A stretch of DNA of 64,000 bases from Phyllobates terribilis (taxonomy: Eukaryota), in the NCBI RefSeq assembly GCF_046119375.1, contig NW_027365966.1, positions 1 through 64,000 on the forward strand, read 5' to 3'. Below are positions 23,580 to 36,867 of the stretch, one piece after another (positions within the stretch are counted from its first letter, which is position 1; the number at the start of each line of letters is the position of its first letter). The notes beneath the pieces are model-generated. The model was given only the letters and a program-made list of their open reading frames with translations, had not been told where the DNA came from and ran no database searches. Both the position numbers and the translations under genes were made by a program.

Positions 23580-26227
23580 TCATATCCGAAAAACCGTCGG
23601 AGCGAGCTCAAGAAGAGCCTCCAATGCATTTGGAGCGAACTTCCTAGCAAACAAGAAACAAGCCGCTCCAGGCTGATCATTATACACACAACTACTATCA
23701 CCAATAATCCTACCAAAAAACTCAGCACTGACATCATCCTTCCCATACGTGGCAGGGTGGGCCCCGCCCCTTGACCAGTCAACCCACGTCAGCGTCCTAT
23801 TGGCCAGAAGCTCAGGAGCTTCAATTGTAAGCATTGTTGGAAAGTAATGCTCATCCACATAGCAAGCATGAGGTTTACAATACTCCTCGAATTTCGGGTA
23901 GTACTTTTTGTCTTGGATGATGATGAAGGCGAGTTTTCGGTTAATCTCGAACCATTGAGAGCCCTTACGCCATTCGGTTAAGTTGACTTCGGGAGTCATG
24001 TTTGGGTGGTAACGTCCCCTGCCGTATACAGAAAGGTCGTCTATGGCGCCTATGAAGCTGTAACGCGATTTTGAGATGTAACGGTAAATTGAGCTGAAAT
24101 TGGCGAGCGGTATGCATGATTCGGAGAGGAGGATGAAGTATTCGTTGGCGATGTCGAGTAGTGCGTTTGCGAGTAGACGTCTTTCGGCGTCGCACATGCT
24201 CATTTTCCCCATTCTGATAGCTGTAATAGGAAAAGAAAGCAAGAAATGGTTATTTTTTAGTAGATAGTAGGATGCAGTGAATAAAAGAGCGCTGGGCGAC
24301 CCTAGGCGATGAGCCACCCTAGGCGTGCCTAGGGTCGCCCAGCCTTATTTCCTTCTGTAATCCTTGCTGTATTGATTTATTGAAATGTATAGTCGGATAA
24401 TGTTTCAAAAGTAAAACCAACAAAAAACTATGTCTTAAAGCATCAAAAACAATTAAAAAGCATAAAAATTTGGTCAATTCAAATCATAAAAAATAGTAGT
24501 GCGTAGTTTTATAGGGAAAAAATCAAAGATCTTACGAAAGAATCAAAGATATCACCAAAAAAGAAAATCGACTATCATCATTAAAATCAACAATATCATA
24601 TAATTTTTGGCATTTTTTTTAATTATGGAAAGAGTTGGCGCCTAGGAGCAACTAGGCGATGCCCTGGCTCAGGCGTGCCTAGGCGCGCCTAGGCGTCGCT
24701 TTTTTATTCACTGGGATCATGAATAGGACTACAGAATAAAAGTTTTTGATGCAGATGAAGTAATTTAGTTAATGGCAATTTGGAACTACAAAAACAGATG
24801 AAAATTTAGGATTTATTCCAATGATGGAGAATGAAGGATTGAAATTGAATTGATTTACACAGAAAGATGAACTTGCCAAGACAACATTGAACAGAATAGT
24901 GATTTATCAAGCATTTCCATTAAAATATACTTCGCATAATTTGGATATGAACAACTATATTCCTCTTCAATAACTATTCAGTTTCCGTTTAGGCCAATCC
25001 AGCTTTTTTGAATTAATTTTAGGCCAGCTGAATCTTGGTCAGAATTCTATGCTATAACTCCATTTAATAAAATATGTCATTAAGCAAGCCCTGGACTTTA
25101 TCAGTCTCATAAAACTTCAAGCATTTCGGCTAGAGATGCAGAGCTCATTTCTCTGCAGCACGACTCTAATCTGATTATGTAGTAGTCTAAATCTCCAAAT
25201 ATCTGCAGCAAGATAAATCAACTACGGAGACCCTAATATCGGAACAAAAAAAAACTAGATTGCTGCACAGTAATGATGAATTTACTTTGAGAAGTTGGAA
25301 GTGCTTCTTTGGTTCTAAGTAACTCTATTGTCTAGTTCACCTATAAGAGAATAAGCTGTTGCTTCTTTTGTTCTCAGAGCAATAACAGATTCAGCAAGCA
25401 ATTAGTCACCTATAAGAGAATAGTCATTCTCTCACTTTCTCCATTCAGATGCATAAAGAATACTTATTCCATAAAGCTATGAACTAGTTCATGTTATTTC
25501 TAATTACAGAGCCCGCTTCTTCCCTAAAGTTCAACTCAAGCATATCATATATGTTCTTGACAATAGATCTACTTGTAAAATTAGTCTTATTCACCACCTC
25601 AGTGACAGTAGGTGACTCATGGTGTAGAATTATATGGTAGTCATATAAAAAGCACATAAATGAGCTCAGATTGAAAGCAAAACATACCTGGCTTGGAATA
25701 TGTCTCTTGTAGAACACAGAAGAGGATGGGAACTCCTCATTATATGCAGGTAAAGAATGAATGTATATCGAGTAATGCTCTTCATTACCATTAAAGAATT
25801 TCTCCCACAAGGGTGCAAATGGCAATGGACCCTTAGTCAAGAACATGAAGGCAATTTTAGGAGTCCTCGCATAAGGATACTTTTTCATCCTAGGAGCAAA
25901 AGATGCCCTCCAGAAGAGCTCCTCATCACTCATCGAATGGTTCAGATTTGACGGTGGTTTGATCCATTGGTCTAATCTAGTGGGTTCAATAACATCACAT
26001 GGACGAAAACTTGGCCTAACTATAGGCACAATATTGGCAATCCCAAATTTTCTAACTGAAAACATACTAAAGAAGGAGATCACAAGACATGAACCTAAGA
26101 ACACAATAAGCAACAAAAGTAACCTCCATGGCAAAGCCCTAACGTGGCCAGCTCTCTGTAAATTGCCAGGATCTTTCCCTCCTTCCTCTAAAGAGGAATT
26201 AGACGATACCCTAATCTGCATCTTCAT
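23580..26227 (-). CDS. Core-2/I-branching beta-1,6-N-acetylglucosaminyltransferase-family protein (GT14-like/DUF266, BC10-type); 2 coding exons
   Basis: Exon 1 26227-25688 (N-terminal TM, MSDEELFWRAS, PKIAFMFLTKGPLP..PLWEKFF, YSIYIHS, RHIPSQ). Exon 2 24220-23580 (MCDAERRLLANALLD..NE.FILLSESCIPL, WRKGSQWFE, CYVDEHYFPT, TWVDWSRGGAHP, LFARKF). One base is missing at the start of exon 2 (GAATGGGGAAAATG). Confidence 0.93.
24275..24713. mobile_element. hAT-type MITE (CTAGGCG family) in the glycosyltransferase intron
   Basis: TIRs CAGTGAATAAAA / TTTTATTCACTG; subterminal CCTAGGCG repeats. No clean 8-bp TSD. Confidence 0.75.
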
Positions 26228-27235
26228 ATGTTTTAAATAGAGATTAAGTACAGATCTGAAAGAGTAATGCGGAATGAGAGATGACTTCGTTAATAGCAAC
26301 AGAGCAGCCCCAGCAAACGTAAACTTCGAATCAATTCCCAGTTCTGTTTGAAAGAGATTAATACAGAGCAATAGGCGCTTGTTTCTGTAAATTAATAACA
26401 GACAGAAATTCGGAAATACCTCATCTCCGTTTTAGAAAGGAATCCCAGCAATAAAGGGAGTCAATCCCCCTGGATTGAAGTTAAATAAATGAGCGAATTA
26501 AAGAGGAGGTTTCAAGTACAGAATCCTAGACAGGAAGGGTTGAAAAGAGAATCAATTAGGTTGGTAGGGTGAATCGTGAAGCCTAAGCAGAGATCGAATA
26601 TAGGAAGGAATCGTGAGATTAAGGAAACATCGAGATTTGGCTGAATTGAGTGTTTCTGGAGAGGGGGAAATGCACTTGAGCCACCATACTTTTGTGTTTC
26701 CAGGTCCGCTAACGGTTCTTCGCTGGACCAATCAGGAAACCCATTACATCAAACACTTAACAACTTGTACAGGTAATTCTTCCGCCTCTTTCTCCCATAA
26801 TACAGTTGTACGAGGTGTATAGGGATGGGAAAATCCGAAGAGGGTGATGCCATGTAAAGATTATGAACAATAATGAAATTTGTGAATAATAATATAATAA
26901 TAACTAGGTATATAGGCCTTGTTCAATAAATGAATTATAATGATATTTTATAATAAAGTTTGGTAAAATGAAATTATAGATACATTTTAGAATATAATAT
27001 GTGGGAATTTTTTCACATTTTATAAAGTATTTTAAATCTTATATAAAATTTAAAATACTATTATAGTGACATATATTGAGCAAACCATAATTTTACCGAC
27101 AGAGGTCATAATACGCCTTTCATCTTCTCTAAAACCATCTCTTTGTTTCCATGTGTAGTCCGCTAAGAAAAAGAAACGGTCGGATAATAGGTAGATGAAT
27201 CACTTCGATCACCTGATCCGTGATTATTTTGTCAC

Positions 27236-28270
27236 TTTTTTTTTTTGGGTCGAGAAAGAGCCGAAGCTCATGGAATTACGGAAACCCAAATTACACCCTA
27301 GCCAGTCGGGAGTACAACACTCCCCTGGCATCCGCACTAAGTAAATGAAGCACACAATCCGGAGGACTATCTAACAAAGAGACCCCTAGCGGAAAGCCGA
27401 AAGAAAGAGACGCAAGAGCATCAGCGACGCCGTTAGTCTCTCTAAACGAATGACGGAGTTGGATTTCCCAATCCCTACGAAGGAAGCTCGATGCCAGATT
27501 GACCAAGCTAAAGAGTGGATGGCACACGTCCACAGGTTTGCAAAGCAACGAGACCGCAACTTGCGAATCCGTATTAATGCAAACCCTCTTGTACCCACAA
27601 TCCCATGCAATTTGAAGACCCGAGATGATGCCCCAAAGCTCGGCCATGGGAACCGAACACGCACCAATAAAATGCACAAAGCCCTTAATCCATGAACCAT
27701 TCAAGTCCCTGAAAACTCCCGCTGCAGCCCCCAAACCATTCTGCACAGACCCGTCAGTATTGATACGGATCCAATCAACATGAGGTGCTTCCCACTTGAA
27801 CTGAATCTCGGACTTTGGTTGAGCTGAGAATTTGGCCTTGCAGCCCAACTTGTATAGAACTCTTCCTGCTGGGCCTTGATGAAGCTAGCTTTATTGCCCT
27901 GAAACCTGTCTCCTCTAAAAACCACATTATTTCTATTCTTCCAAATGAACCACAACGCACCGGCAAAGAAATCTCGCCAGTGACCACCAACTCCAAACCC
28001 CTCTGAAGCGGTGAGATTCCGACGAAGCCAGGAAGCTGATGAGTCTCGGAAGAAGTCCGCCGGAAGCCCCGGATTAAGCTCAATCCATAGCCCCTGAATT
28101 TCCCGGCAATCACGAAATAGATGGATCTCTGATTCCGCCGCCGATTGACATAAGCCACAAGTATCATCATCCGACATATGTCTCCTCTTCCTTTCAGAAT
28201 TTGTGAGGAGGCCTCCTTTGATCAAAGTCCAACAGAAAAGAATGCACCCAATTATTCGTCTAACCATTCC
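27236..28270 (-). mobile_element. 5'-truncated LINE fragment with zf-RVT and RNase H (RVT_3) domains
   Basis: FCW.LIKGGLLTN.ER.RRHM...C.LC...ES.IHLFRDC; WIRINTDGSV...AAGVFRD..GSWI.GF...AELWGI..GL..AW..GY...NTDSQ...H.FRETN.VADALA. Poly-T at 27236-27247 on + (poly-A of the element). Frameshift between the two ORFs. Confidence 0.88.
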
Positions 28271-28845
28271 AAGTAAGTAGTCATTATCTTGCTAAATAAA
28301 TAAAAAATCTAATTAATCCGTGATCAATAAAATTCTTTGTGTTTATATAATCAATTTTTTTTATTGATAAAGATTTACAAATGATGTGAAATTAGAATTT
28401 ATGTAGAATTTATAAATTGATCAAATTTACATCGGTTGAAATTAGTGGGTGAGGGGTGGCAGGGGAAGGGTGTGAGTCGGGTGACCTTTATCTATCACCC
28501 CACTCCTGAACTGTCACCCGTTCTTTTCGAATTTTCACCTAGAAAAACGGTTTAGACGGAGGACTGAGATGCATATGATTCTATTCTAGTTATAATGCAC
28601 AAGTACTTAAGAGTCTAGAGTGGTTGTTTGTGACTTGTGTGAATTGTGATTTTGCTTCGACTAAGCTTTTACTAGTCGTATTGAGAACTCATTCGGCATG
28701 TTTGATATTTCAGTATAATATAGTGTTGGGTAAACATTTACTTAATTATTAGAGTCCAAATCTAATTAAATGCTTTTCAAAGCAATAAGATTGGATACAT
28801 TTTGATAAAGCTAAGAATAAAACTCAGTCAAAGAAATAAAAAGTA

Positions 28846-29108
28846 CTCCCTTCATCCCTATATAACACACATTTTCCTTATCGGGCGTCCTAAAATATAA
28901 CACACATTTTCCATATTTGAAAATTAATTTTACACACTTTATCACTTCCCAACACACTTTCTCTTTTTCCAACACAATTTATCTCTTTTCAACATATTTT
29001 TACTCTCTCTTTCTTCTCTCTATATCTCTTCTACAATCATTACTCTTCACTTTTTCTTAAAAACCGAACTTAAACCCAAATGTGTTTATAATTTGGGGAC
29101 GGAGGGAG
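28846..29108. mobile_element. Stowaway (Tc1/mariner) MITE
   Basis: TA|CTCCCTTCATCCC ... GGGACGGAGGGAG|TA: typical Stowaway TIR and TA TSD; 263 bp. Confidence 0.92.
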
Positions 29109-29167
29109 TAGGTTCTTTCGACAAAAGAGGAGTCGTTGATAAGTACAATACATCACAGGTACTTGCA

Positions 29168-29336
29168 CACTACAATATCGTCCGCTATTCGTTTGTGGAT
29201 AATTTTTTCCATCCGCTATAGATCTACGGACGGATTTTTTCATTCATTACGAGATTGCGGAGGAAATAATCGTTCCGGAAAGCCATAATAGACGAAAAAA
29301 GTTGTTTGCAAAACCATAGTATACGAATCTGTAGTG
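29168..29336. mobile_element. Possible mini-CACTA deletion derivative (169 bp)
   Basis: Ends CACTACA / TGTAGTG; internal TCCGCTA / GCGGA motifs. Flanks GCA and TGG do not form a TSD. Confidence 0.45.
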
Positions 29337-29754
29337 TGGTTATCACTTTTTATAATGTGTATATCACTTGTGAAAAAGAGAAAAGAAATTTAGTTTCATC
29401 CATAAACCTTTGTGTATGAACTTCCCAGAATGATAGGAAGACACATCTACACAAGCGGATCAAAAAGCAACAGGCCGCTCAAACAATGTTCCGAGAGCCA
29501 AATTTATATGAACACGAAACAGACCATTTTTTCACATGATATGTTTCACAGAGCTTGTACCAACACTCATGATCATAGATCATCCATGTAACAGGGTTTT
29601 AGCAATCAGCTCATGTCATGGAATTAAAAAGCCAGTCAGCTTAAGAAATCCATAGTCTAATTCAAGTAGATACCAGATTACTTCCAAGTTCAAAGTTAAT
29701 CTGATTTATCTACCAGAAGAGGATCAGCAGAGATACATTTCTTTTGTGGAAGTT

Positions 29755-32700
29755 CTACTTGGTCACCTCAAAACAGGCACGCAGGTTGGATATCATGACT
29801 GGGCACTCACCCTTCTCATCATACTCAGAAAACTCGCCCGGAGATAAGTCCAGATTTTCGAATTTTGTCCCTGCCTCCTGAAAGGTTGATATAGGCAAAA
29901 CAGGAAGAAGATTAGAGCGGTCTGCACCAAACAAAGTAGATAGGGGCACCAAAAGAATATTGCTGAATTAATGTGATACTATGTACTCTCTTAAATAGCA
30001 GAGGAGTTTGAGCTGATTAGAGAATGACTTCTAAGTGCCATGAAAAATACCTACAACACATCAATTCACAAATGCCTTGAAATTTGCGATATATGCATGT
30101 CATGCGTTCGTCCAATACAACAATTAATGGGAAGGAAATTGCACACACTGTTTGCGAGGAGTGTCTATTATAAGTATTTACAATGTAAACCATATTGTCT
30201 GACATATCTAAGAAAATACTTTGTCAGTATTACAGGAGGCAAAATCTGATGTGGTCATGTCTGATAAGCAAACCTATGTGAGAGACTCTATTTACCCGAC
30301 ACAATGATTATTTTTTCCTATTTTAGCACAAACTTAAATATGCCTGGACCCTAGCTAAAACCAACTAGAATGATCAGTATCATCTGATCTGGAACTGAAA
30401 ACTATCCAATCATATTTTAAGCACCTTGGTATAGATCATATTTTCACATTTATATTGTCACTTTATACAACTTTTTTTGTTTCAGGGTGACATAATCACT
30501 TCTCAAATTCTATATCTATTGAAAGAACTATATGCAAGTAAATAAGTATATACTACCAACAAGACTTGGAACAGATCCATTGAAAAATGAACCAGTTCAT
30601 AAATGGTCCAAAGAGTGTTTAGACTAGCATGATAGAAACAAAATAAACCATGACTTTGCATCAAAACACTAACTTATATGACCTTGGATTGGATTAATGA
30701 ACCAGCCCGAAACTACTACATGCAATGTTCTAAAAAACGCTAGGCGGGTGCTAGGCGGTGAGGGGGGAACTAGCGCCTAGGCGGATCAATATCATAACAC
30801 TTATTTTTTATATTTTAATATAATTTCCTTATATGAAAAACTAAATCGAAATATATTGATTCATAATTTTCATAGTAATTCATGATTTAACTATGTAATT
30901 TTGATATAATCATATAATTTGCTCATTAATCATCCAAAATTCATATACTTTATAGTATTCGTCGTAAAGAAGATCTACAAGACCAGAAAAAGCAAAAATC
31001 ATATAGTTTTCAACACATGTTTCAACGTAAGTAATATTAAATAATTATTCATAAGTCATAGTTACAGTCGTAGGCTCTTAGTGGACGTTGGTCGTAGTAC
31101 GAGGGAGAGGGGAAGGGAGAGCCTAACGAGGGTGAGAGGCAGGACGAGAGGTGAGGTGAGGTGAGAGGCAGCCGGTGGGATGAGAGGTGACAACATGACG
31201 AGATGGAAGTGGGAGGTAGTAGGGACGACAAAGTTTTCAATTAAGAGGGATAGGGGCGGCAAGTGGCATCTATCCGACCACAAACCGGGTGTTGTTTCTT
31301 TGTGCAGGATCTCCGAGACGAAGCGTGCTTACTTCAAGTTCTTCAATATGTGGGCTGACCATCCGAGGTTCAAGGAGGTGGTGGAGGCTAATTGGGCGAC
31401 GTCCGAGAGGGGTACTTATCAATACCGCTTCTCCAAGTTGCTTCGCGGCCTCAAGTCCCCCCTCAAGCAGCTCAACAAGGCTGAGTTTAGCCATATCTCG
31501 AGTAGGGCTGCCGAGGCCAATGTTGGTCTCTCTCGAGCCCTCGAGGAGTGTCGGCTGGACCCGCTTTCGATGGAGGCCAAGCGTAGGTTGGAGGAGGCCA
31601 AGACCAAAGCTCAACGCCTGAATGAGGCCGAAGGGAGTTTTCTTAGACAATTAGCTAAGTCAAAACATGTTTTGTTTAGCGATATATGCTCTAAGTACTT
31701 CCATGCTCTTATGAAGGTGAACGGGCGCAAGCGTCACATTGCTTCTATCGAGAAGGCGGGTGGTGGTAGTACTACATCGACGGAGGAGGTGGCGGCTGAA
31801 TTTGTGGGCTTCTACAAGGGGTTGTTTGGTGCCAACGTGGAGGTCTCGTTGCCGTTGGCTAGCGAGCTTGCGCACGGTGCCTCGATCTCGGAGGCCGATG
31901 GCCTCTCCCTCACGTGTCCGGTGTCCAATGCTGAGATCAAAGAAGCGCTCTGGTCCATTGGGGATGACAAGGCCCCCGGGCCCGACGGGTTCTCGGCTAA
32001 GTTCTTCAAGGCCTCGTGGGAGACGACGGGTGCGGAGCTTTGCGCTGCGGTGAAGGAGTTCTTTAAGAACGGGAGGCTGCTCAAGCAATTTAACCATTCT
32101 GTCGTTTGTTTGGTTGCTAAAGTTGATGTGCCTGCTCGTGTTGAGCATTATAGGCCTATTTCGTGTTGTAACGTGGTTTATAAACTCATATCCAAGATCA
32201 TGACGCTTCGCCTTGCGAAGGTGCCTTGGTCCTATCATCGACCCTGCGCAAAGTGCTTTTGTGGAGGGCCGTTTGATGTCGGATAATATCATTTTGGTCC
32301 AGGAGCTCCTTAAGAGGTATGACGTTAAGAGGGACACCAAGCGGTGTTTCCTTAATGTTGACCTCGCCAAAGCATACGACACTGTATCTTAGGAGTTCAT
32401 TCGGTTCGCCCTTACCCACGTCGGTATTCCTCCTAGGTTTATTGAATGGGTGATGGAATGCGTTACCACGACCTCTTATTCTATCAAAGTTAATAAGTGT
32501 ATACATGGGTTTTTCGAGGGTAAGAGGGGCCTCCGTCAAGGAGACCCTCTTTCCCCTCTCCTTTTTGTGATTTGTATGGAGATTCTATCTCGGCATATCC
32601 GAAAGGAGACGAACCACCCTTCGTTTCACTTCCATCAGTTCTGTGACACTTTGAGGATTAGCCACCTGATGTTCGCTGATGACATTGTGCTTTTCTGCCG

Positions 32701-35700
32701 TGGAGATGCAGGGTCTGTAGGGATCCTCATGGGGTGTTTGGGCAGATTCAAGGAGATGTCCGGACTCAGCGTCAACGTCGGGAAGTCTTCTATCTATCTG
32801 GCGTCGGTGTCGGACCTGGAGCGTGCGGAGTTGACTGGTGCCACGGGGTTTAGTGCCGGCACTTTCCCCTTCCGGTACCTCGGGATCCCGATTAGCTCCT
32901 CCGGGCTCAAGGTGATTCAGTTCAAGCCGCTGCTCGACAAGATCAACTCCTACCTCAATGCGTGGGCGAAGAAGACCATCTCCTTCGCGGGTAGACGGGA
33001 GCTCATTGCGTCGGTCCTTCAGGGTAGCGCTGGATTTTGGTTCTTCCCTTACCTACTAGTGTTCGTCTATCCCTTGTATCTATCTGTAGAGGGTTTCTTT
33101 GGAGACACCCTCGGGTTAGTTGGGATAAGTTATGTGTACCTAGGAGGGAGGGGGGGCTGGGGCTTGGACTTTTGGACTTTGGTATTTGGAACAAGTGCTT
33201 CATGTTGAAGCACTTGTGGCATATTGTTGATAGGAGACCTAGTCTATGGGGTTAGATGGGTCCATCATCGCCATTTATCGGTGGTGGAACCCCTCGACTG
33301 GATTACTCATCACCGTGACATTCCCCTCGTTAAGGCTATGGTCCATGCTCGCGAAATGGTTTGTGGCCTTGAGGGGAGGGAGGTGAGTGTTCAGGATATC
33401 CTGGCAGAGTGGTGTGTGGAGGGCAAGTTTAGTGTGTCCAAAGCATATGACACCCTCCGCCCTAGGTTGCCTGTTGTGAGTTGGTCTAGGGAGGTATGGC
33501 CGGCGTTCCACATGCCCAAGCATGCTTTCATTCTTTGGCTTGCCACGCTTGGCAAGCTCTCGACCTATGATCGCCTCCACTTCCTTGATGTGGACCCTAC
33601 GTGCAGACTTTGTGGGACTACCCCCGAGAGTCACGTTCACCTGTTCTTCGAGTGCTCCTACTCCCGGACGATCTGGCGCGCGGTGTGCGAGAGATTCCAG
33701 ATTCCTCTCTCGGTGGACTCCATCTCTCAGGCGTTGCTTTGGCTCCGGCTCTATGCTAGGGAGGATGCGTGCCTCTCCAAGGCTCGTGTGTTCGCCTTCT
33801 CTGCTTCAGTGTACTTCGTGTGGCATGCTAGGAATGCCCGGATCTTCGACGACAACCGCATTCCTCCGGATGTGGTGACTCGGCTCATCATCGTGCATGT
33901 GTTCCGGCTTCTTCATAGCAAGTTCCCTTCTTCCTTGGTTGGGGCCTTGTAGGTGTTGCTTGCTCGCTTGCTGGCTCGTGTTCCTGGTTGTTCACCATTG
34001 TATGGGAGGTGTGCGTGCCTTCCCATGTTTGGTGTTTGTTTCCCTTGGTGACAAAGTATGGAAGACCTGCGTGTCTGTCCATGTTTGTCAGTTTTTCTTC
34101 TTGTTTTGTGCCGGTGCAGGGGTGCCCTTTTCCTCTATGATGGTTTTTCCCTTTGGGTTTTTCATCATGGAGGTTTTAATGAGGCCCGGGGTGCTTTGCC
34201 CTGCTCTTATAGCTGCACTTTTGGGTAGTCTTGGTTCTCTTGTTTGGTTTGGTGCATAGTATGGGGGGCCTTTGTGCCTTCCCATGTATGCCTTTCACTC
34301 TCTTGGTGTCTTGTCTGGATTGTGTTCCCTGTTTGTTTCCTCATTTTTGAGGCATACCTTATATGAATTAACCTTTAAAACCAAAAAAAAGAGGGATAGG
34401 GGTGAGAGGTGAGAGGCGAAGGCGTGGGACGAACGAGAGGATGTGATTGATTTTTAACTTTTAACCTAAATAAGAACACATACCCCTTTCACAAAAAGAA
34501 CGCATACCCCCACCTAGAAAAAAACGTAACGCCTAGACGGAGGATTTTTTTCTACCACCTAGAAAAAAAGGACTAGCTCCTAGTCAAAACGTTAGGGTGC
34601 CGACTAGCGTCTAGGCGGGCTTTTTAGAACACTGACTACATGCAAATCTGAAATGGCTCTAAGTTGTTTATGGTACAGTAAGATGAATCAAATGAGTCCA
34701 ACGTATATGACCTGCGAACTATGCAAGACAACTCTAATTAATATGACTGTAGCAGAGATCAATTTTAGCACTGAAACAACAGGATATTTATGTAGGTGTG
34801 CAGAAAAATAAGATGGGTTGATCCCACACAAACTCTACCGACATCCAAAGACATTACAAGCTCGAAGCCGTTATATTATAAACAAAAATGATTACTAAAG
34901 AATAACTTGACACAAGCGGAGCCACAGCATAGACAAACCACAGATCATTAGTGAGCTCAGAATAATTAATCTCACATAATACTGCCATCAAAGATGCAAT
35001 AACCATACAGTAATACAGAGTAAGAGGCCTTACAGATTCAGCTTTCCAACCATCGCCAAAAGCAAAGTCTATTGGTTCAAAGCCACGACAGTCAAATTGC
35101 ATCAAAGGAGCAAGTTTTCCGGATTCACACACTTCCAGAGTTAAGGGTTGACCTCGACCAGGAATCATGTTGATATTTCCCTCCCTGTCACAGAATTTGC
35201 ACTGAAACAATGGGAGAAGGAGTTACAAGCACACTCATTAGTACACGACTATTGCCTGCTAGCTAAAATCACATGCATCAGTCATAGACATTCTATTCTG
35301 TCTCACGGAGAAAGAATATATGTAAAGCCTCATAAGTATGCTGCATTAAAAAACTGGCCACAAGTTGTATAAAATACCAGAGGCTAATACCAAAATTTTC
35401 AGGGGTTTTCAGTACTTCAATGAATCTAATCAGGTTGTCAGGCTATGTCATACAAGAAGTGGATTCTTAGAGCTTAAGATAACTGACTGCTGACATATTT
35501 TTGTACCATAAGGTCACACCAGAAACATTGATTCTGCTGTTAATCACACCTGAATATGTGAATCATTTGATATAAAGAAGCAACTAAATCGCGCCAATAT
35601 CAAATGAACCGAAAGAGTAGATACATTGTAAACGTGCAACATTAACAAAGCACGTCAGTACTTCAGTGCAACTTTCAGTCTGCAATTAAGATATAAGGAA

Positions 35701-36168
35701 TGAAACATCACAATCTATCTGGAATGCAACATCATCAACTAGAAAGTCAGCAAAACTGCATACAATAGGCTAAAACCGCCGTCGCCGGCTTGAGAATTCA
35801 ACAGCGATAGCAAAGGAAGAGATCATCCAAACAGAGAGAGCCAAAGAGAGACAAGAAGACAACCTTCTGGACAAGATGAGCCGTACCCCTGCTCTTAGGA
35901 AGCGAAACAGTTTCGTTCAAGCATACACAAGTCTCCTTAGGAGTAACCTCTCCACAATTCTCACATCGGAGCTACCGAAAATACATAATCGATAAGCAAG
36001 AGTCTTGTGAAATAAGGGAGACAGAGAAACAAAAACCCTATCGTCACAGAGGGGGCGGGGAGAAACCTTGAAGTAGTAGACAAAGTTGGCGTCGTCACAG
36101 CCACCCTGAGGTTGAAGATTGGTGAGATTTTCGAGATCGGCGCCGATCATCAGCTTGTAGTTCACCAT
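29755..36168 (-). CDS. DUF866 / UPF0587 (CXXC-motif zinc-binding, CZIB/C1orf123-like) protein, 166 aa, 4 exons, intact
   Basis: Exons 36168-36067 (34 codons), 35971-35864 (36), 35201-35034 (56), 29877-29755 (41 incl. stop), all phase 0, GT-AG. Motifs LENLTNLQP, LRCENCGE, HLVQKCKFCDREG, FDCRGFEP.DF.FG.GW, GEFSEYDEKGECPV.ISNL. Confidence 0.93.
30723..34634. mobile_element. hAT-type MITE (CTAGGCG family) in DUF866 intron 3, split by a LINE
   Basis: TIRs CAATGTTCTAAAAA / TTTTTAGAACACTG; perfect 8-bp TSD ACTACATG (30715-30722, 34635-34642); CTAGGCG subterminal repeats. Confidence 0.92.
31257..34388 (+). mobile_element. 5'-truncated L1-type LINE (ORF2 RT and zf-RVT, frameshifted; GT-rich 3' UTR; A tail)
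   Basis: 14-bp TSD AAGAGGGATAGGGG (31243-31256, 34389-34402). Motifs KAPGPDGF, RPISCCNV.YK, RGLRQGDPLSP.LF, HLMFADD, FPFRYLG.P, SWDK.C.P..EGGLG, C.LC...ESH.HLFFEC. Confidence 0.95.
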
Positions 36169-36330
36169 CTCTCTCTCGTTCTCTCGTCTTCTCCGAGCTC
36201 GCTGGTAGCTCTCTGACTATCAGTGAAACTTTCAGAATCTGGTTCTCGGTCTCCGATAGTAGCGGATATTCGGGTCATGAAACGGGTCGGACATGGCCCT
36301 ATATTTCCTTTTTACGATAAGGTTAAAAAC

Positions 36331-36867
36331 TAGGGATGGCAACGGGCGGTTCGGGACGGGACTACTATTTCCGTCCCCATCTCTGTTTATAATTTCAATC
36401 CTATCCTCGTTTTCACTTCTGCCGGAGGCAATTTTTTTTTCATCCCCGTCCTTGTCCGGTCCCATTCCAATCGGGGATTCTCATTCCCCTTATCTTATTT
36501 GAATTTTCAATTTTATTTGTTATATGGGTATCTAAATATAAAAGAAACTAAAGTAAATAACAGATATTTTTAATTCGTAATCAATTAGTAATTAAATAAC
36601 CGACAAAACAAGACAATCAAATAAATTAAGACAAATGAAAAATCACGTCGAGATATGAAGTCTTATGAACTAGTCAACCCCCGTCGGGGATTCCCCAAGG
36701 GATCGGAGTCGGGACAGGGCGGGGACACCATTCCCCACCCCATCCCCATGCGGGGATTTTATGTTTCACCCATACCCGTCCCCATCCCCATTTAAAATCC
36801 CCATCCCCATCCCGTCACGGGTATTCCCCATGGGAAAGCGGGGATTCCCGTCCCATTGCCATCCCTA
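36331..36867. mobile_element. hAT-type MITE (TAGGGATGGCAA ends) in the DUF866 promoter region
   Basis: TIRs TAGGGATGGCAA / TTGCCATCCCTA; TSD GTTAAAAC on the right vs GTTAAAAAC on the left (one extra A); CCCCGTCCC/GGGGA motifs. Confidence 0.9.

Noticed and set aside
25484-26371. Full 295-aa ORF as the glycosyltransferase N-terminus
   Set aside because: It starts at a non-ATG codon upstream of the real Met (26227) and reads through the GT donor at 25687 into the intron.
28445-28525. G-rich/C-rich stretch with CGGGTGAC...GTCACCCG stem as a miRNA precursor
   Set aside because: Only an 8-bp perfect stem, no extended duplex that I can see, and no match to a miRNA I recognise.
33888-34285. Hydrophobic ORFs after the LINE ORF2
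   Set aside because: They lie in the GT-rich LINE 3' UTR; the composition explains the lack of stops.
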